Positions 37,396 to 50,872 of a stretch of DNA of 64,000 nt are shown here, in pieces (positions within the stretch are counted from its first letter, which is position 1; each line of letters begins with the position of its first letter). Below the pieces are notes generated by a model. The model had not been told where the DNA came from. It did no database searches and saw nothing but the letters and a program-made list of their open reading frames with translations. Position numbers and translations under genes: made by a program. Origin of the DNA: Haliotis rufescens (Eukaryota); NCBI RefSeq assembly GCF_023055435.1, contig NW_025964112.1:45570001-45634000 (forward strand), given 5' to 3'.

Positions 37396-40116
37396 GAAAC
37401 TGTATTACAATGAATCGAAAAACAATATAACTGATACACAATGATAAAGCAACGATGCCTCAGTACACACAATTCCCACGATAGGGGTTTTGGTGCAAGA
37501 TTTGCTCTTAAAACAAACAAGTACGTTGATCTAGGCAAAATAGTGATAACATTTCAAGATTTAATAACAATTTCACAAATATACCAAACTGGTCTGGTAA
37601 AAAGACCTCCCCCGGCCCTATAGTGAATTTATGCTGACACAGCACTTCCCGTGGGTGTGTTATCAACTCCCTGCTCCGGGTGTCTGTGGATGTCGCCATC
37701 ATAATGGCCATCCTGTGATTAGACGCAGGCAACTTTTCATTGCCCCTGTACAGCAAGTGTAAGTTAAACCCCCATTATCTTGTGTTGCTTGGCCTTGCTG
37801 TGTGGAAGGGAGCTAGACTTGATACGACCAGTCTTACAGCCTCCTAAGCTACGTTAAGGAGACAAGACTGCAGGGTTGGAACAGAAAGAAATTTAATAAG
37901 GTTTCTAAAACACAACTAACGATTTGAACAGCCTGATTTCTTTTCTAATATAAACACATTATTAAACATGATGAACAATTTAGATCGGCCAAGTCCTTTT
38001 CTAACGTGTTTTTGTGTTCTACCAGAATTGAAAAGTAATTTGTAAAAAAATAGGATTTAAAACATGGCATTAGATTTATCCACTACTTTGCAGTTACAGA
38101 ATAGGGTTTTTAACAGCACCAATATGGCAACATCAACGGTTAAACTTACCGAAGAATTTCAAAACTGACAACTTCCTTTCAGAAGGTAGATGAAAAATTG
38201 TTCATTCATGTAAATCAGATGTTTTCTGTTAGCTTGAAAAATGTCTGTCTTTAAAAAAAATGGTTTATTTTCCCAATTGTTGTCAATATCTAAACTTGAT
38301 CAATTCAACACAAGAAAGTCAGAAACTTAACCACAGGTTAGGAAAAACCTCAAGCTCCTAATCTCGCTTCAAACATAATCCTATTATTATCAGGCAACAA
38401 TAAAGAAAATTATTTTAGTAGTTCTGGTGAAATTGAGTCCATTTATCAGATCCTCGAGACATATGTTTACCAAAAAATGCTCCCTTCGCCAAGTCTATGC
38501 AGGCCCATGCTATTTGAGCAGAGCAGTAGATAGCACAGGCCCTGACCTTTCCTATCAGAGGCTTCCAGGACAAAGGGAACAGCCATAGGCTCTGCCACCA
38601 CTGTTTTACACCAAACACACATTTATCACTAATGCTTTCCCCAGGGAATCCGCTTTTTAAGAGATAAAACACAACCACAAACTTAATATTACTCCCTTTT
38701 TATAGATTTTTCTAACATCCTGGTATCATTATTCTCATAATCTATTATTGGAACTCATAAACCATAAATTACCAAATTGCCCTACAGTAGAAGTCGTTTT
38801 TCAAAGTTTTTTTCTTTTCCGATTTATTGTTTTTCTCCACCGAAAAGCAACAGGGGTTTTATTTTGGTGAAAGTTATTGCACAGATTTGCAGTTGGTTGA
38901 GTAAGACAGCTTTTGTTTTTTGTTTAAGTGTATAGTTTCGTCTTGGGTGAAGTAGCAAGTCAACTGAAAGGATTGGGTTTGGAACAGAATACATATGCCT
39001 TTGAAAACAGCAGATCTAGTGTTTCATTACCCTTGATAACATTGAGCTCAAAGGTTAAAACTATTCAAACAAGTTTGCATGTATTTTTAAACAATTAAAG
39101 AGAATGAACAATATCATTTAATATATATACAAACTTTTTCATAGATACATCTTTTATCTTTCCATCACACAAACCTGATTCTCAAATGAGTCAAGAGTAT
39201 ATTTGAATAGAATGACATATTGGATTGTCACTATGAAAAGAGTGTAGTGTATAAATGTATTATTAAATCTTATGTTCAAAAACAATATTTCCTGTTTATA
39301 GAAATGTGCAACCTTGTTTAGAATGTTGCACAAGATGCAACCTTGTTTAAATGTTGCACAAAGTCCAGATTTCACAAAATGCAATAATAATCATCAACAA
39401 TGAAAAAAAAAAAGTTATACAAATAGGCAAAGATTATTGCATGCTTTGAAAAGCTGTCTGGTAATGTATAAGTTGACCAAATGGTTTCAGTGTTACAAAC
39501 TCACAAGATGAACAATTGCTCACAGAGCAGAAACAAGGAGACTGTGCACCATACACATATATAAACCATATGGTTCAGACTCTTATTCCTCCTAATGTAA
39601 GCAGGCAGGTTAGTTTACAGTACAGGTGGGCAATGCTTCGGGCCCTGCCTCTGTATAGGTATCTGTCCCTCGTTAAGGCTGTAGAGTCAGCCAGGTAAGA
39701 AGGCCCCCTCAGGTGTGCCAACTTATCTGATTAAGGGCTGCTTTCTCTGGCCACATATGGAATTTCAAAACTCCCCCCAACTGACGACCAGTGCTGTAGG
39801 CTCCACATACTTCGTGGAAGGCCATACAATTTCAGAGTGGAGGCTACAACACTTGCTTTCATGAAATGTCTAAAGGGGATATAAAGGCTTGTGTTTACCT
39901 GGAGTGGAGGCCATCATGCCTCTTGCCTCATCTGTAGACATGCTCATTTAGCATCAACAATAGCATTTAGACTTAGGGACTCCAGCTATTAATGTCTTTA
40001 CTCTAACTATTCAACATTTCTGTATGGTGATAAAATGAAGTTGAATTTTTACAAAAATACCTTAACTCAGGCGGACCACATTATATATGTCGAGTCATCC
40101 CTTGCTCAAATCAAGC

Positions 40117-40272
40117 AGTGGGGTTGGGTAGCTAAGTGGTTAAAGTGTTTGCTGAGTGCCAAAGGCCCGGGTTTGATTCCCCACATGGAAACAATGTGAA
40201 GCTCATTTCTGGTGTCCTGCAGTGACACTGCTGTGATGCTGCCAAAAGTGGCATAAAACGACTCACTCACCC
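40117..40272 (+). mobile_element. SINE family A, degenerate copy
   Basis: Recognisable head, body and tail with many substitutions. It is the only plus-strand family A copy seen inside the gene. Confidence 0.75.
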
Positions 40273-40874
40273 ACTTAAATCAAACAGAACTGATATGGTA
40301 TGCGTTGATCAGGATCATGTCAAAATAAAGTTACAATGTCCTGACCTATACATCAAGATGATGGCATTCTAGTTTCTGGTTTCACTATTTTGAAAAAAGA
40401 AATTAAAAACTGCTTCTACTAATTTCCACAAAATCACAACTCTAGCTATCCTAAGAGCCTTAACAACTGAAGATGAAGAATACATTGAAATGAAGACCAC
40501 TTACATTAATTTCACACTTTCAAGATTTACAGTCCTTCCAAAGAACAGACAGAGGTTCATTCAAAACTTAGACAAATTTAGTGTTCTCAAACACGATTCA
40601 GAATTCAGAATTTCAGTCATCAGTTCATCATATTAAGTCTGGAGTAATTAGTGAGAGATTTTTTTGGGCATGCTTTGAACAATATTTATGCATTCATTTA
40701 TTCATTCATTTACTCGTCTATTCAGCTTAATGTGGAAGAAACTTGTCATGCAGGTTTTATATTGTTGACCACATTGGCTAGACCCAAAAGTAAATGCGAA
40801 TAGTGCTGACAAACCATGAATCGTTATCCAAGTCATTACTGATAAGTATATCTTTCATAGTTACAGTATGAAGA

Positions 40875-41040
40875 GTGAGTGAGTGAGTATGGTTTTACGC
40901 CGCTTTTAGCAATATTCCAGCAATATCACAGCAGGGGACACCAGAAATGGGCTTCACACATTGTACCCATGTCGGGAATCGAACCCGTGTCTTAGGTGTG
41001 ATGAGCGAACGCTTTAACCACTAGGCTACCCGACCGCCCC
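40875..41040 (-). mobile_element. SINE family A, young copy
   Basis: TSD TACAGTATGAAGA at 40862-40874 and 41041-41053. Confidence 0.9.
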
Positions 41041-41120
41041 TACAGTATGAAGAAAACAAACTGCCACTCAAGTCTGTGCAACAGGGTACAGTGGAATCAG
41101 CTCATGGCTTTTGGGTGTCA

Positions 41121-41364
41121 TTTGTTTGGTTATTGTTCAGTGCCGCACTCAGCAAAAATTCCATATAACTACATGACCACAGTCTGTACATAATCGAGAC
41201 TGGACCAGACAATCCAGTGATTAACATCATGAGCATTGACCTACACAATTATGATAGGATGACATGCATCAACCAAGTCAGCGAGTCTGACCATCCGATC
41301 ACCTCAGTCACCTCTTTCAACAAGCATTAGTTGTTGAAAGCCAGTTCTTCCGGACCTTCATTGG
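41121..41364 (-). mobile_element. SINE family B copy
   Basis: Full body, with imperfect TSD TTGG(G/A)TG(T/C)CA. Confidence 0.8.
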
Positions 41365-41475
41365 TTGGATGCCACAGGAAAACTTAGTAACAATTATATC
41401 CGGGGATATATCTATTGGGAAGCAACATTAAATTGTTTTGTTTTTTTCGCGTTTGAAAGGTGAAGATGCACTTAC

Positions 41476-41631
41476 ATTGCGAAAACTGTTGGTAACATCC
41501 TCATCCTTCAGGTCCTTCTTCTCCAGTACAAGTCCCACAACCTTTTTCATGTGAGGGGTGGGCTTCTCCTCCAGGCTGTCCTCCTCCAGCAGCTTGAAGC
41601 TGGTGGTTTCCTTGTTTGTCCTCACCGCCAT
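41476..41631 (-). CDS. Probable first coding exon of the TALE gene (MAVRTNKETTSFKLLEEDSLEEKPTPHMKKVVGLVLEKKDLKDEDVTNSFRN)
   Basis: GC-richer, codon-like patch with ATG in good context (GGGATGG) and a strong donor AAT|gtaagt at 41474-41475. Phase 0 is compatible with the acceptor at 19497 (22-kb intron). The nearest acceptor ccctgtgtttcag is at 41651-41653, and the frame is also open up to it. Confidence 0.7.
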
Positions 41632-42480
41632 CCCTACTGCATTATGCACACTGAAACACAGGGTCATCATGGGTTATTTACTGCATTAAGCACACTGAAA
41701 CACAGGGTTATCATGGGTTATCCCTATTGCATTATGCACACTGAAACACAGGGTTATCATGGGTTATCCCTACTGCATTATGCACACTGAAACACAGGGT
41801 CATCATGGGTTATCCCTACTGCATTATGCACACTGAAACATCATCATGGGTTATTTACTGCATGTAGAGCATGGGATATCATGGGTTATCCTTACTGCGT
41901 TATGGACACTGAACCACAGGGTCATCATGGGTTATCTATTGCCTGTAGAGAATGGGTTATGGGTTACTGCATGTGGATAATGGGTTATCATTAGTTATCT
42001 ACTGCTTGTAGAGAATGGTTTATGATAGGTTATCTACTACATGTTATACATGGGTTATCCCTACTGCATTATGCACAATGATACACGGGGCCATCATGAG
42101 TTATCTACTGCATGTAAAGCATGGGATACCATGGATTATCCCTACTGTTTGTTGTTTAACGCCACACTAAGCAATATTCCAGCTATATGACAGCGGTCTG
42201 TAAATAATCAAGTCTGGAAAAGACACCCAGTGATTCATGTCATGAGCATCAATCCACACAATTGGGATACAATGACATGCCTCAACCAAGTTAGCGAGCC
42301 TGACAACCCGATCCTGTTAGTCGCCTCTTACGACAAGCATAGTTGCCTGTTATAGCAAGTATTGGTTGCTGATGACCTATTGTTATCCCCGCTGTATTAC
42401 ACACACTGAAGCATACAGAACACAGGCTATCATGGCTACCCCTACAGCATACAGACCATGGGTCATCATGGTTATCCCTC
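41631..42480. repeat. 44-46-bp tandem repeat overlapping the acceptor of the first coding exon, decaying distally
   Basis: tccctactgcattatgcacactgaaacacagggtcatcatgggtta, with ctgaaac at 41651, 41695, 41741, 41787 and 41833. Confidence 0.92.
42146..42382 (-). mobile_element. SINE family B copy inserted in the degenerate end of the 46-bp repeat
   Basis: Family B body flanked on both sides by atccc/catggg repeat remnants. Confidence 0.85.
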
Positions 42481-42699
42481 CTTCATTAAATCATTCACAT
42501 AACAAAAAATACAGGACATAGGTCTACTTTCATCATGAACTGTTTCCAGCGGTAGATTACATCAAGCATACAGCTGCCATGATGAGTGTCTACTTCTCCT
42601 GTCACAAGGTCAGCATCTTGTAAACATCAGCTACCATCACCACACGATACAGACAGACAAGCCAGTACACACAGGGTGGATTTGTTCAGCATCAAAATT

Positions 42700-42900
42700 T
42701 CCCAAAAGACTTTAAAAGATTGTACTTGTTGTTACCCTGTCTGGATCTCGGCATTAAGGGGCTAAAACAAGGACTGGTCGGCTGGGAGTCTGTATACTGT
42801 GTCTGGGTGAGGTATTCATGTTAAACTGCAGCTTGGTTTTAACTAGCACTATAAAACTGGCATTATTCGGGATAGTACAAGCAGCAACACACGTGCATAC
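42700..42900 (+). mobile_element. SINE family D, degenerate copy
   Basis: aaaagattgtacttgttgttaccctg...ctcggcattaagg...aaaacaaggactgg is the reverse complement of the other D copies. Confidence 0.6.
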
Positions 42901-44887
42901 ACGTTATATATACAATAATCTTTAACAAGAACTTGAGCCCCAGTCCATCTCACCTGGTAGAGAAATAATTTACAATTTAACAAACACAAAGGGCTGTATG
43001 TTCCTGAACTCTGCACTTTCACAAAACTTTGCAGAACATACTTTGTTGGAGGACTTGACAAATCATTTCACTGAAAGCCTTCAAGTTCTGCAATCCCATT
43101 GTATGGGAGAAGGTACCCTTCATTTCAACACACATACTATATCAGAAACTGAAGACGTCGGTATGTTCAACAACAAGATCAACAACAGTCAGTTTCTAGT
43201 ACATCAATTTCTGCCAATTCTGGAACAGAATCCTTAAATATAACGAGTGAATGATGCCACGAAGAAATCAACAAGTGGACAACATCATTAGAACCGTGGA
43301 ACAAGTGTTGCTCTTGTTGATACAACCACTTCCTTCGATCTGAAGCTTAAACCTTTTTATCAAAATTCATCTGTTAGATGTGTCAGATTTGGAAATTCTA
43401 TTCTGAGTGATAGCCTATCAAGTTGGTTCATGCAACACGACAGACCCTTCAAATCAATGTTTTCCTCAGTTAAACCCCATAAATTCTCTGTCAATAGCCT
43501 GTAAACTGTTCTGGACTGTCGAAAATGTGTGAACATTCTCAAAATCTCTAGGGCAATCTGGAGCATCGAGCCAGCATCTGAATGCTGAAATGTTCAGTCA
43601 TTGGACCCTTCAGTGAACAAGGTCCCCTCTGGAGGCATCACCCAAACCATCAGGACAGTACTTAGCCCATATATTCCTTACAAATCAGAACCCATGCACA
43701 AACTGCAATGTCAGCAACTCTGGTTAATGGCAAAATACATCATGTCCTTAATTTGAAGCATCTACACCAGTGTGGAACATTCTCTGTCATACAGCAAATT
43801 TACAGCTCCCTCAGCCAATGCAAGCCATTTACCTTTCATCAGGAAACTATCAGTTCTCAAGGAGACAAGGAAGTCCCCATTCAGGATAGCTTAACACATC
43901 GCCTACCTTCATCAATTGACAATTAAGGGTAGGCAGCATGCTTGGGTTTATAATTCAATTAACAGCTTGACTAATCACAGGAAGTTGACCTCCTTACTGA
44001 CCTCCCAGGGGTCAACTCTCACTGACACAAAGGCCACCCCACTCCCTTGCTTAGCTGTGAGGGACTGCCTGACCTCCAGATGTGTGCGATTATACACAGC
44101 AGGGGTGGCCAAGCGTGACTGCTTACTGCTTCTTTAGCCAGAGGTGGTTGAGGATGGGTGGTGATAGAATTTCAAAATGTTCAGATAACATTTTTAATGA
44201 GCATATAAGTGTGCCTTTTCTTCAGCTCCAGATGAAAATGGCCTTTTAAATGAGATACCACATGTGAGGACTTTTTCAAGAATTTGTTTTTTAACTCGGT
44301 CGCTTGTTAACATAACTTAAACAAATTTAAATATACAAACATCAGCAAGAGTTTGAACAAAAGTTACGTCAAACCACCCTTTCACAAAATCCACCACATA
44401 TCCAAGAAGTTCGTTAAGAACCATTTTGCGATACATATCCCGATATGAGCAAATAATCTCAATTCATAACCATGAAATTCTATCGAACCATCCAGAAAAT
44501 AATTCCCCATTTTCCTGTAATCAGAAGTGATTTCATTTTAAAGTCAACATGTCAAAACTGTAAATTTGCGCACAGGGTTAACTATTCGCCACAGCGATTA
44601 CAAGACGAGGAAAAACTTTCTTTCAGCTTTGCACCAAGCCGGCAAGAGGCACACACAAACTAGCATCCAAACAAGGGTCATTTCTACAGCTTTTCTAAGG
44701 TATGTTTGGTTCTCAACAATGGAGTATAATGAGCCTCAGCAATCCTTCAACACAGGCATGGCAGTGTACTCACCCACATGCAAGGGGCATATAGACTTTA
44801 AACAGGCTTTTGATGAACAGTTAACTTATTGTCGCTTATGGGAATATGTTCAGATTTATCCCAGGCCTTATATCAACTTGATATTAG

Positions 44888-45263
44888 CATAGCTGCCAAC
44901 TTTCCAAATTAGTATTATTATTTAGTTGCGAACTTCTGGTCAGGACCTTAAAGTCCAATGACCTTGTCTGCAGGACAATATATTATGTGATCAGAAACTT
45001 CATAATTTTATCACTTAGTTTCTATTTCTACTAAAGATACTTCTGATAATACGAGTGGATTGGACAGATGCAATACTATAAATAAACTTTATGCAAAGCC
45101 AATAAACAAGATGTGTTTGTAGTAGACAGTGTAAGGCTAAATAATGACCCTGTCTTTAGTCCTTGTGATTTGTTTTGTAGATTGACATATTATTTGTATA
45201 AATTTGTAATTTAGTTTCAAATTTGTAACAAATACGAAATATTCGGAACAGTTGGCAGCTATG
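44888..45263. mobile_element. MITE / non-autonomous DNA transposon
   Basis: Perfect 13-bp TIR CATAGCTGCCAAC / GTTGGCAGCTATG, extending imperfectly to ~22 bp, with an AT-rich interior. Confidence 0.7.
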
Positions 45264-45506
45264 TATTCGGCAATTGGTGAGAAAACTTACTCAACTTGCA
45301 GGAGCAACCTTTTAGGTAGAGCTGCCTTCTGATGCGGCTGAAGAAATGCTGAAGGAAAACTAATGACACCTTTCAGAGCTGTGTTTTGAGTCTTGCCACC
45401 AACATAAATATCCCTCCAAGTATTCAAAAAGCTCAATAAGTTTCTGAAGAGGTATCATATCCTTTTCTAACCCCTGAATGACATTACACAGATCCCAATT
45501 ATATGA

Positions 45507-45631
45507 GAGTCTTGTTTTACGCTACTTTATATCAAGAATATCCTTCATGCAAAGTACCCATAAGGGAATCAAACCCGGGGCTCTGATGTGATGAGCAAAC
45601 ACCCTAACCTCTAGGCTTCACCATTCCTCCC
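45507..45631 (-). mobile_element. SINE family A, degenerate and internally deleted copy
   Basis: gttttacgc...gtacccataagggaatcaaacccggg...ctaggct matches the family A reverse complement. Confidence 0.6.
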
Positions 45632-48462
45632 AGTTTGAGGACAAAAAGGCAGTTTCAGGAAATGTAAAGAGGGCTCAGTACTGAACTAAACATGAAAACA
45701 ATATCACTTATCCAAAGATGACTTTGGAAATGAGTCTACAGCATGGCCCAAAAAGCTCTTGAAAGCCAATCAACAATGAACTTCATTCTTAACAGAAGCC
45801 AATTAACAGTGAACTTCATTCAACATAAACAGTTGTCATTTAAAACCTGAAATATGACCCAACAGCCTAAGCAAGTCTAGGAGACCTTCAACTTGCCAGT
45901 GAGCTTGAAGACTTTGTGAACGAGGGGAAAGAGTAAACTGTATATATTTAATTAAAACCACTGAACCCTCAGAGATGATCGACTGGGGAATTCCTCCCCA
46001 GTGACTCAGACAGTGACAGGAACCTTATAAATAACTTGTTATCACTTCAATATACAGTATCATCCACAGAAAGACAATGGAAGAAACAACGTGAGATGAT
46101 TCATGCATTCATCACAAAACCCAACTTGAAATGTATTCATATCATATCTTTGCATAATGTTATCATCTCTTGGAGCTACAACCAATGAGGACTACTTTGA
46201 TTAATGCTTTTGAAATTTCTGAGTGGGGTTTTAGGGATCTCTACTTTGCATGGGAAAATTTAAAATGGGCTGTCGTAAAACATGCTAAATTGGCCTGACT
46301 AAATATTGATTAAATTAACAAGGATCAGCTGAGGCGACTAAAATGTTCACACGTCCAAACAAATCGCCTCAAAAGGGTGCAATAGATGCTGTGAGACAGA
46401 AGTAATCATTTTTGCAATAAAAGTTGAAGTTTACGACTAAATGCTCAGAAATAGTCAACCAATCAATAATCGTGTGATCGCAAGGAGATAAAAATGTTAA
46501 ACATTCGGAAATATTTTTTTCCATTTCATATTCATGGTTTCTATGAATCATTGACCATTTCAATGCAACGAGGAACAATTTAATGCAAAAGAGAAATTTA
46601 TACCAATCCCTATTTGGATAGGAAATTGGAATTCCAGATAATTGTTTTGGGCGATGTTTATCGGCCATTGTGATTTGTGACTTAAGATTTATATCTGTTG
46701 CACTAGAACTTGTTTTATGGAAACGGGGGGAATGAAATCAAGTTTGAGTGATCTTGTGGACTGTTTTGGCACCAACTCAGAAAGTTAAATATAAACTGCA
46801 ATAATATATGCTTATCTTTAGATTATATTTGCCTCTGTGGATCTTGTATCCACACTGAATCAGACTACACGTCTCAGAAGCAAACTGATAATTTTGACAA
46901 TTCTGAGCCAATAAGATAATATAAGCAACTGTCCCATATAGTTTTTACTGTCTGGCTTCTTCGGAGCAGATCAGAAAGTTGCACTATCTTTAAAGAAGGG
47001 TCTTTCTCGACACTGCAAAACTGAGCATGTCAAAACCCAAATTCATGACCGTGTACAAAATAAGTGTTTCGGTAAGATATTGATTGAAATTAACTGTTGG
47101 TCATAAGGGATGAGTAAGACAAAGAGTCAAAACATTTTGTAGTATATTGTTCTTTCTATCCATAACAAAATGTGACGATAGCCGATTGTCACCAGGCAGA
47201 CGTCATGTTTATATAACACATAATATAGCCCATCAAATATACATAAAATTCATCGTAATCTGATGTCATGTTAAATGTTAGACAAGCAGACATATTGGCT
47301 GGGTATTTTTCAGTTTCTCAGGCCAACGTCAGTCAAAAAAGGTATCACAGGCAGTGCCTCAAGTCAACAAACACAGCTAAACTCCAATCACCAATTCTGA
47401 AATATTTCTTTTCTAATTACAGTACAGAAGAACAAAATTATTTTCAGCTTCTGATTGAACACAAAAAGTGGCAAAACATGCACCCACATAAGTTTTGAAG
47501 AAATTCCATTTTCCACTAAAACAAGAATACAAAAGAGTTGCTTGCAAAATAGAATTCCACCACATTCAACACGGCTGTACCACCCACAGATAGTCTCCCA
47601 ACCCACAGAAGGACCCCTAGGGGACATAAAGCCCTGAAAACTACCATTCAGCTCAAGGTGAGACTTAACAGCAGGTTGGGATGCCCTAGGGCCCTGGCAG
47701 CAGACCCCTTGTCAATGTAAAACAATGAGACTTGATGTTTTGGCGATTGCCTATTGTCTTTCCTCAATACATCAATCTCGATGATTGATGGCAGGCACAA
47801 GCAAACCCCCAGGGCTAGAAAAATATCCCCTAAAATAGTCTCAAGAGTACTTGTGTTCCATAGAAGGGAAATTATTAAGCTGTTGTTGTAAGATGCAAGG
47901 GATTGTGCTGTCCTGTGCAATCTTCAGGCCGTCCAACATGAGGTGGTTCAGTTGCATCTCTGAAGGTTGGGTAAGGTTATGACTAACACTGATGGAGGCA
48001 GATGCATCCTGGGTAGAAGCTGACATATCACTACAAGAGGATGGATGAACACGAAGAGGATGACCAAGATTGAAACAATAAATTGTCATACATAAGCACA
48101 ATCAGCCAAAATACATGAGTATTTGCTTGACAAAGTGTTGAATGCCAGAGTGAAAGCTTGCTACCAAATGAGCTACATAGATAGTGTTAGATGAACCCAT
48201 TTCTATCTCCCGTTTAGCCCATAATTCCAGTCCTACTCAAACATTTAACGTGTGAATAAATCAAAGTGAATACACAAGGTGTCTCCTTTAGTATTCATAG
48301 TGTGTGAGAAACTCCTGAATATTTGGAGATGCTGTTTCGCAGAAGTTATTTCATCAGTGATGAACAGCATTCTTGATCACTGACTTACATCAATTCAAAA
48401 CCATCATCAAAAAACACTCTATAACATGGTTGAAAAAATATTAATTTCGAAAATGAAAAAAA

Positions 48463-48637
48463 AGTCAAACACTATTGTGTCGAACTTTGAAGTGTCGAAC
48501 CTAGGGTTGTCTTGAAGTAAAAGCTTAGTCCCTGCTTATTCCTTCCTTATTTCTCATTTTTGGTTGTCTCGAACCTTGGTTCACTCGAAGTACTGACGTA
48601 GGTCCCTTCAACTTTGACACAACATTGTTTGACAGTA
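48463..48637. mobile_element. Tc1/pogo-like MITE remnant
   Basis: Imperfect TIRs AGTCAAACACTATTGTGTCGAA ... TTTGACACAACATTGTTTGACAGTA, with internal TCGAA repeats. Confidence 0.55.
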
Positions 48638-50619
48638 TTTAAAGGTGAAAAGGTAAATCTTAAGAAATGAGATGCGTGGATATCACCTAGCATACAAGCA
48701 AACACTATCCCAAGCTGTGGAATATTTGATACCCAGACTCATCCCAATGAAGAATTTCATTTGGCACTAAATTGCAATTCAAGGGACAAAATTGATTTTT
48801 TTAAAACAATTGCTTGATACCAGTACTGACCTGTCTTCTAGTAAATCCAGACCTCCATCAAGCCTACCAAACCAGCATTACTACAAAGTATTCATTCTGA
48901 GTGTTCAAGAATTCAGGGAGTGACAGAGCTTATTTTCAAACACAAAAGAAAGGATTAGGCCTTTACAGGGGGTAAAAATTGGTTGAAAAAGGAAACAAAA
49001 AACTTTGGGAGCATTTCCTGTGATCGCCGTCTTCACGGCTATGTTAGAAGGAGAAATGGCATTGAAATTTGGCTTTACAAACTCTGTACTGAAATCATAC
49101 GCATCAGAGACTTGATTCATGGCTCTATTATCATTATTAAGCCTGATTTATGAAAACTGACAAAGCAGCAGGGTTATTTAGCGACATCCCGCCCCTTAAC
49201 CCACATTCAGGTCAAAAACCAGTCATCCTTATAATATAAGAGACTGGATCTACGTGAAGCAATCATAACCAACGTGGTAAATGTAGCGGAACCACATTTT
49301 ATGGCTGTATGATTATTAAGTAAGCAAAAAGTCACGCGATAAATCGTGCCGTGAGCTCAATATACAATAGATATGATAGAAGAGTTGTTGCTGTAATCAT
49401 TATCAATGTTCCTCTTGATCACCCTTTTTCTAGTACCTATATCTAAATATTCACTTCAAATTCATAGTTTCTGATTACCATGCATCAGTTGATCATGTTT
49501 TCAGAGGTCGACATTTTTCTAATGTTAGTATAAACCATCAAATTTATTCACACACTGTCAGACCCAATAAAAAAACAGATTTAAGATTGTTTTACATGCC
49601 TTCTGGTCCACACAATTTATAAAATTAAAATAAAAATGAAAAAATATATAAATGAAATAAAACTTCCTCTAAGAATTTGTGGCAGTGCTATGTCTTCTTT
49701 CACATAAAACTGTTTTGTTGTGACATCACATTTCAGAAAGCATTTTACAGAATCATACTCACACACATTATCCACTCTGATATGAAACATCCATTCAAAA
49801 CAACTAGCCTCATTGTGCACACACGATTCACGGAGCTTCATTTATGCCCACATAAATTACCCAAATTCCATGCCAAATGCCTATAACTCTACCCAATGTG
49901 TGAAACTGCCCAACACTACTGTGACATACCTGTGAGAACACCCCAGGCTATTTATCTACCACAGATCTATACTGCCTCGGGACAGACTCAAGCTCCCTCT
50001 AATCCTGTAACAGGAAAATAAATCCTCTTGTCTTTACCAGGACAGTTAATTGCTTCAATCATGAAAACCATATAGGTCTTAATTATCCATTACCATTTTA
50101 CAGAGGGAAAGAAGAAGATCCTAAAGAGTACTTGGAGGGACCCCGAGGGGAGGATGATCTGACAGATAACAGCCCAGCATAAGGTGCTCTGCCTCAAGAT
50201 AGCATTAATCTACATCAGTTTCAATTGGGAGACAGGTGCAGATATTATCGGCTTCTTGTACAAGTTCGGTACTCTTTCACCACTGAACACATCAATTTTG
50301 TGGGGTAGAGGGTAAATGAACGATGCCAAATTAACTTCAGTGAAACAAAAGTACTTTGATGCTGTGACTTTTTGTGTTCATATGTCGACGTAACTTGTAA
50401 CTTTTGAGTGAGTGTTGTTTTATGCTAGTCAGCAATATTCAATAGCAAGGCAGTTTGTAAATAATCAAAACAAACCAGTGTTTGATAGCATGAGCTATGT
50501 TGTTGTGGTTTGATGTCCTCAGTAGAACTGTCAAGTCAATCATGACATCGAACAGTGGGTGAGACGAGGTGAAATCAGGTTAACATTACATTAAAGATAA
50601 TTGAACTTATATAACGATG

Positions 50620-50872
50620 TGCAAACGTGTGTGTGGCTGCTAGTCTGGACTATTGCTGTTTTTATCATTCTAGCCCACTGAGATACCATGCCACAGTTTC
50701 ACATGAATACGAACCTCAGATCCAAATCCAATCCAACCAGTTCTTGTTTCAACCCCATAATGCCGAGCGCCAGGCAGGATAACAACAAGTACCATCTTTT
50801 GACATATTTTGGCATGACATGCTCAGGGATCAACCCCCGACCTTCCGCTCTACCGACAACGGATACAATCCA
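50620..50872 (-). mobile_element. SINE family D (resembles molluscan RUDI/CORE-type SINE bodies)
   Basis: Shares agcccactgagataccatg...gagcgccaggcaggataacaacaagtaccatctttt with 63255-63512, 55640-55860, 42700-42900 (opposite strand) and a fragment at 2360-2420. A degenerate tRNA-like head lies at ~50820-50870. The family name is from memory. Confidence 0.65.
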
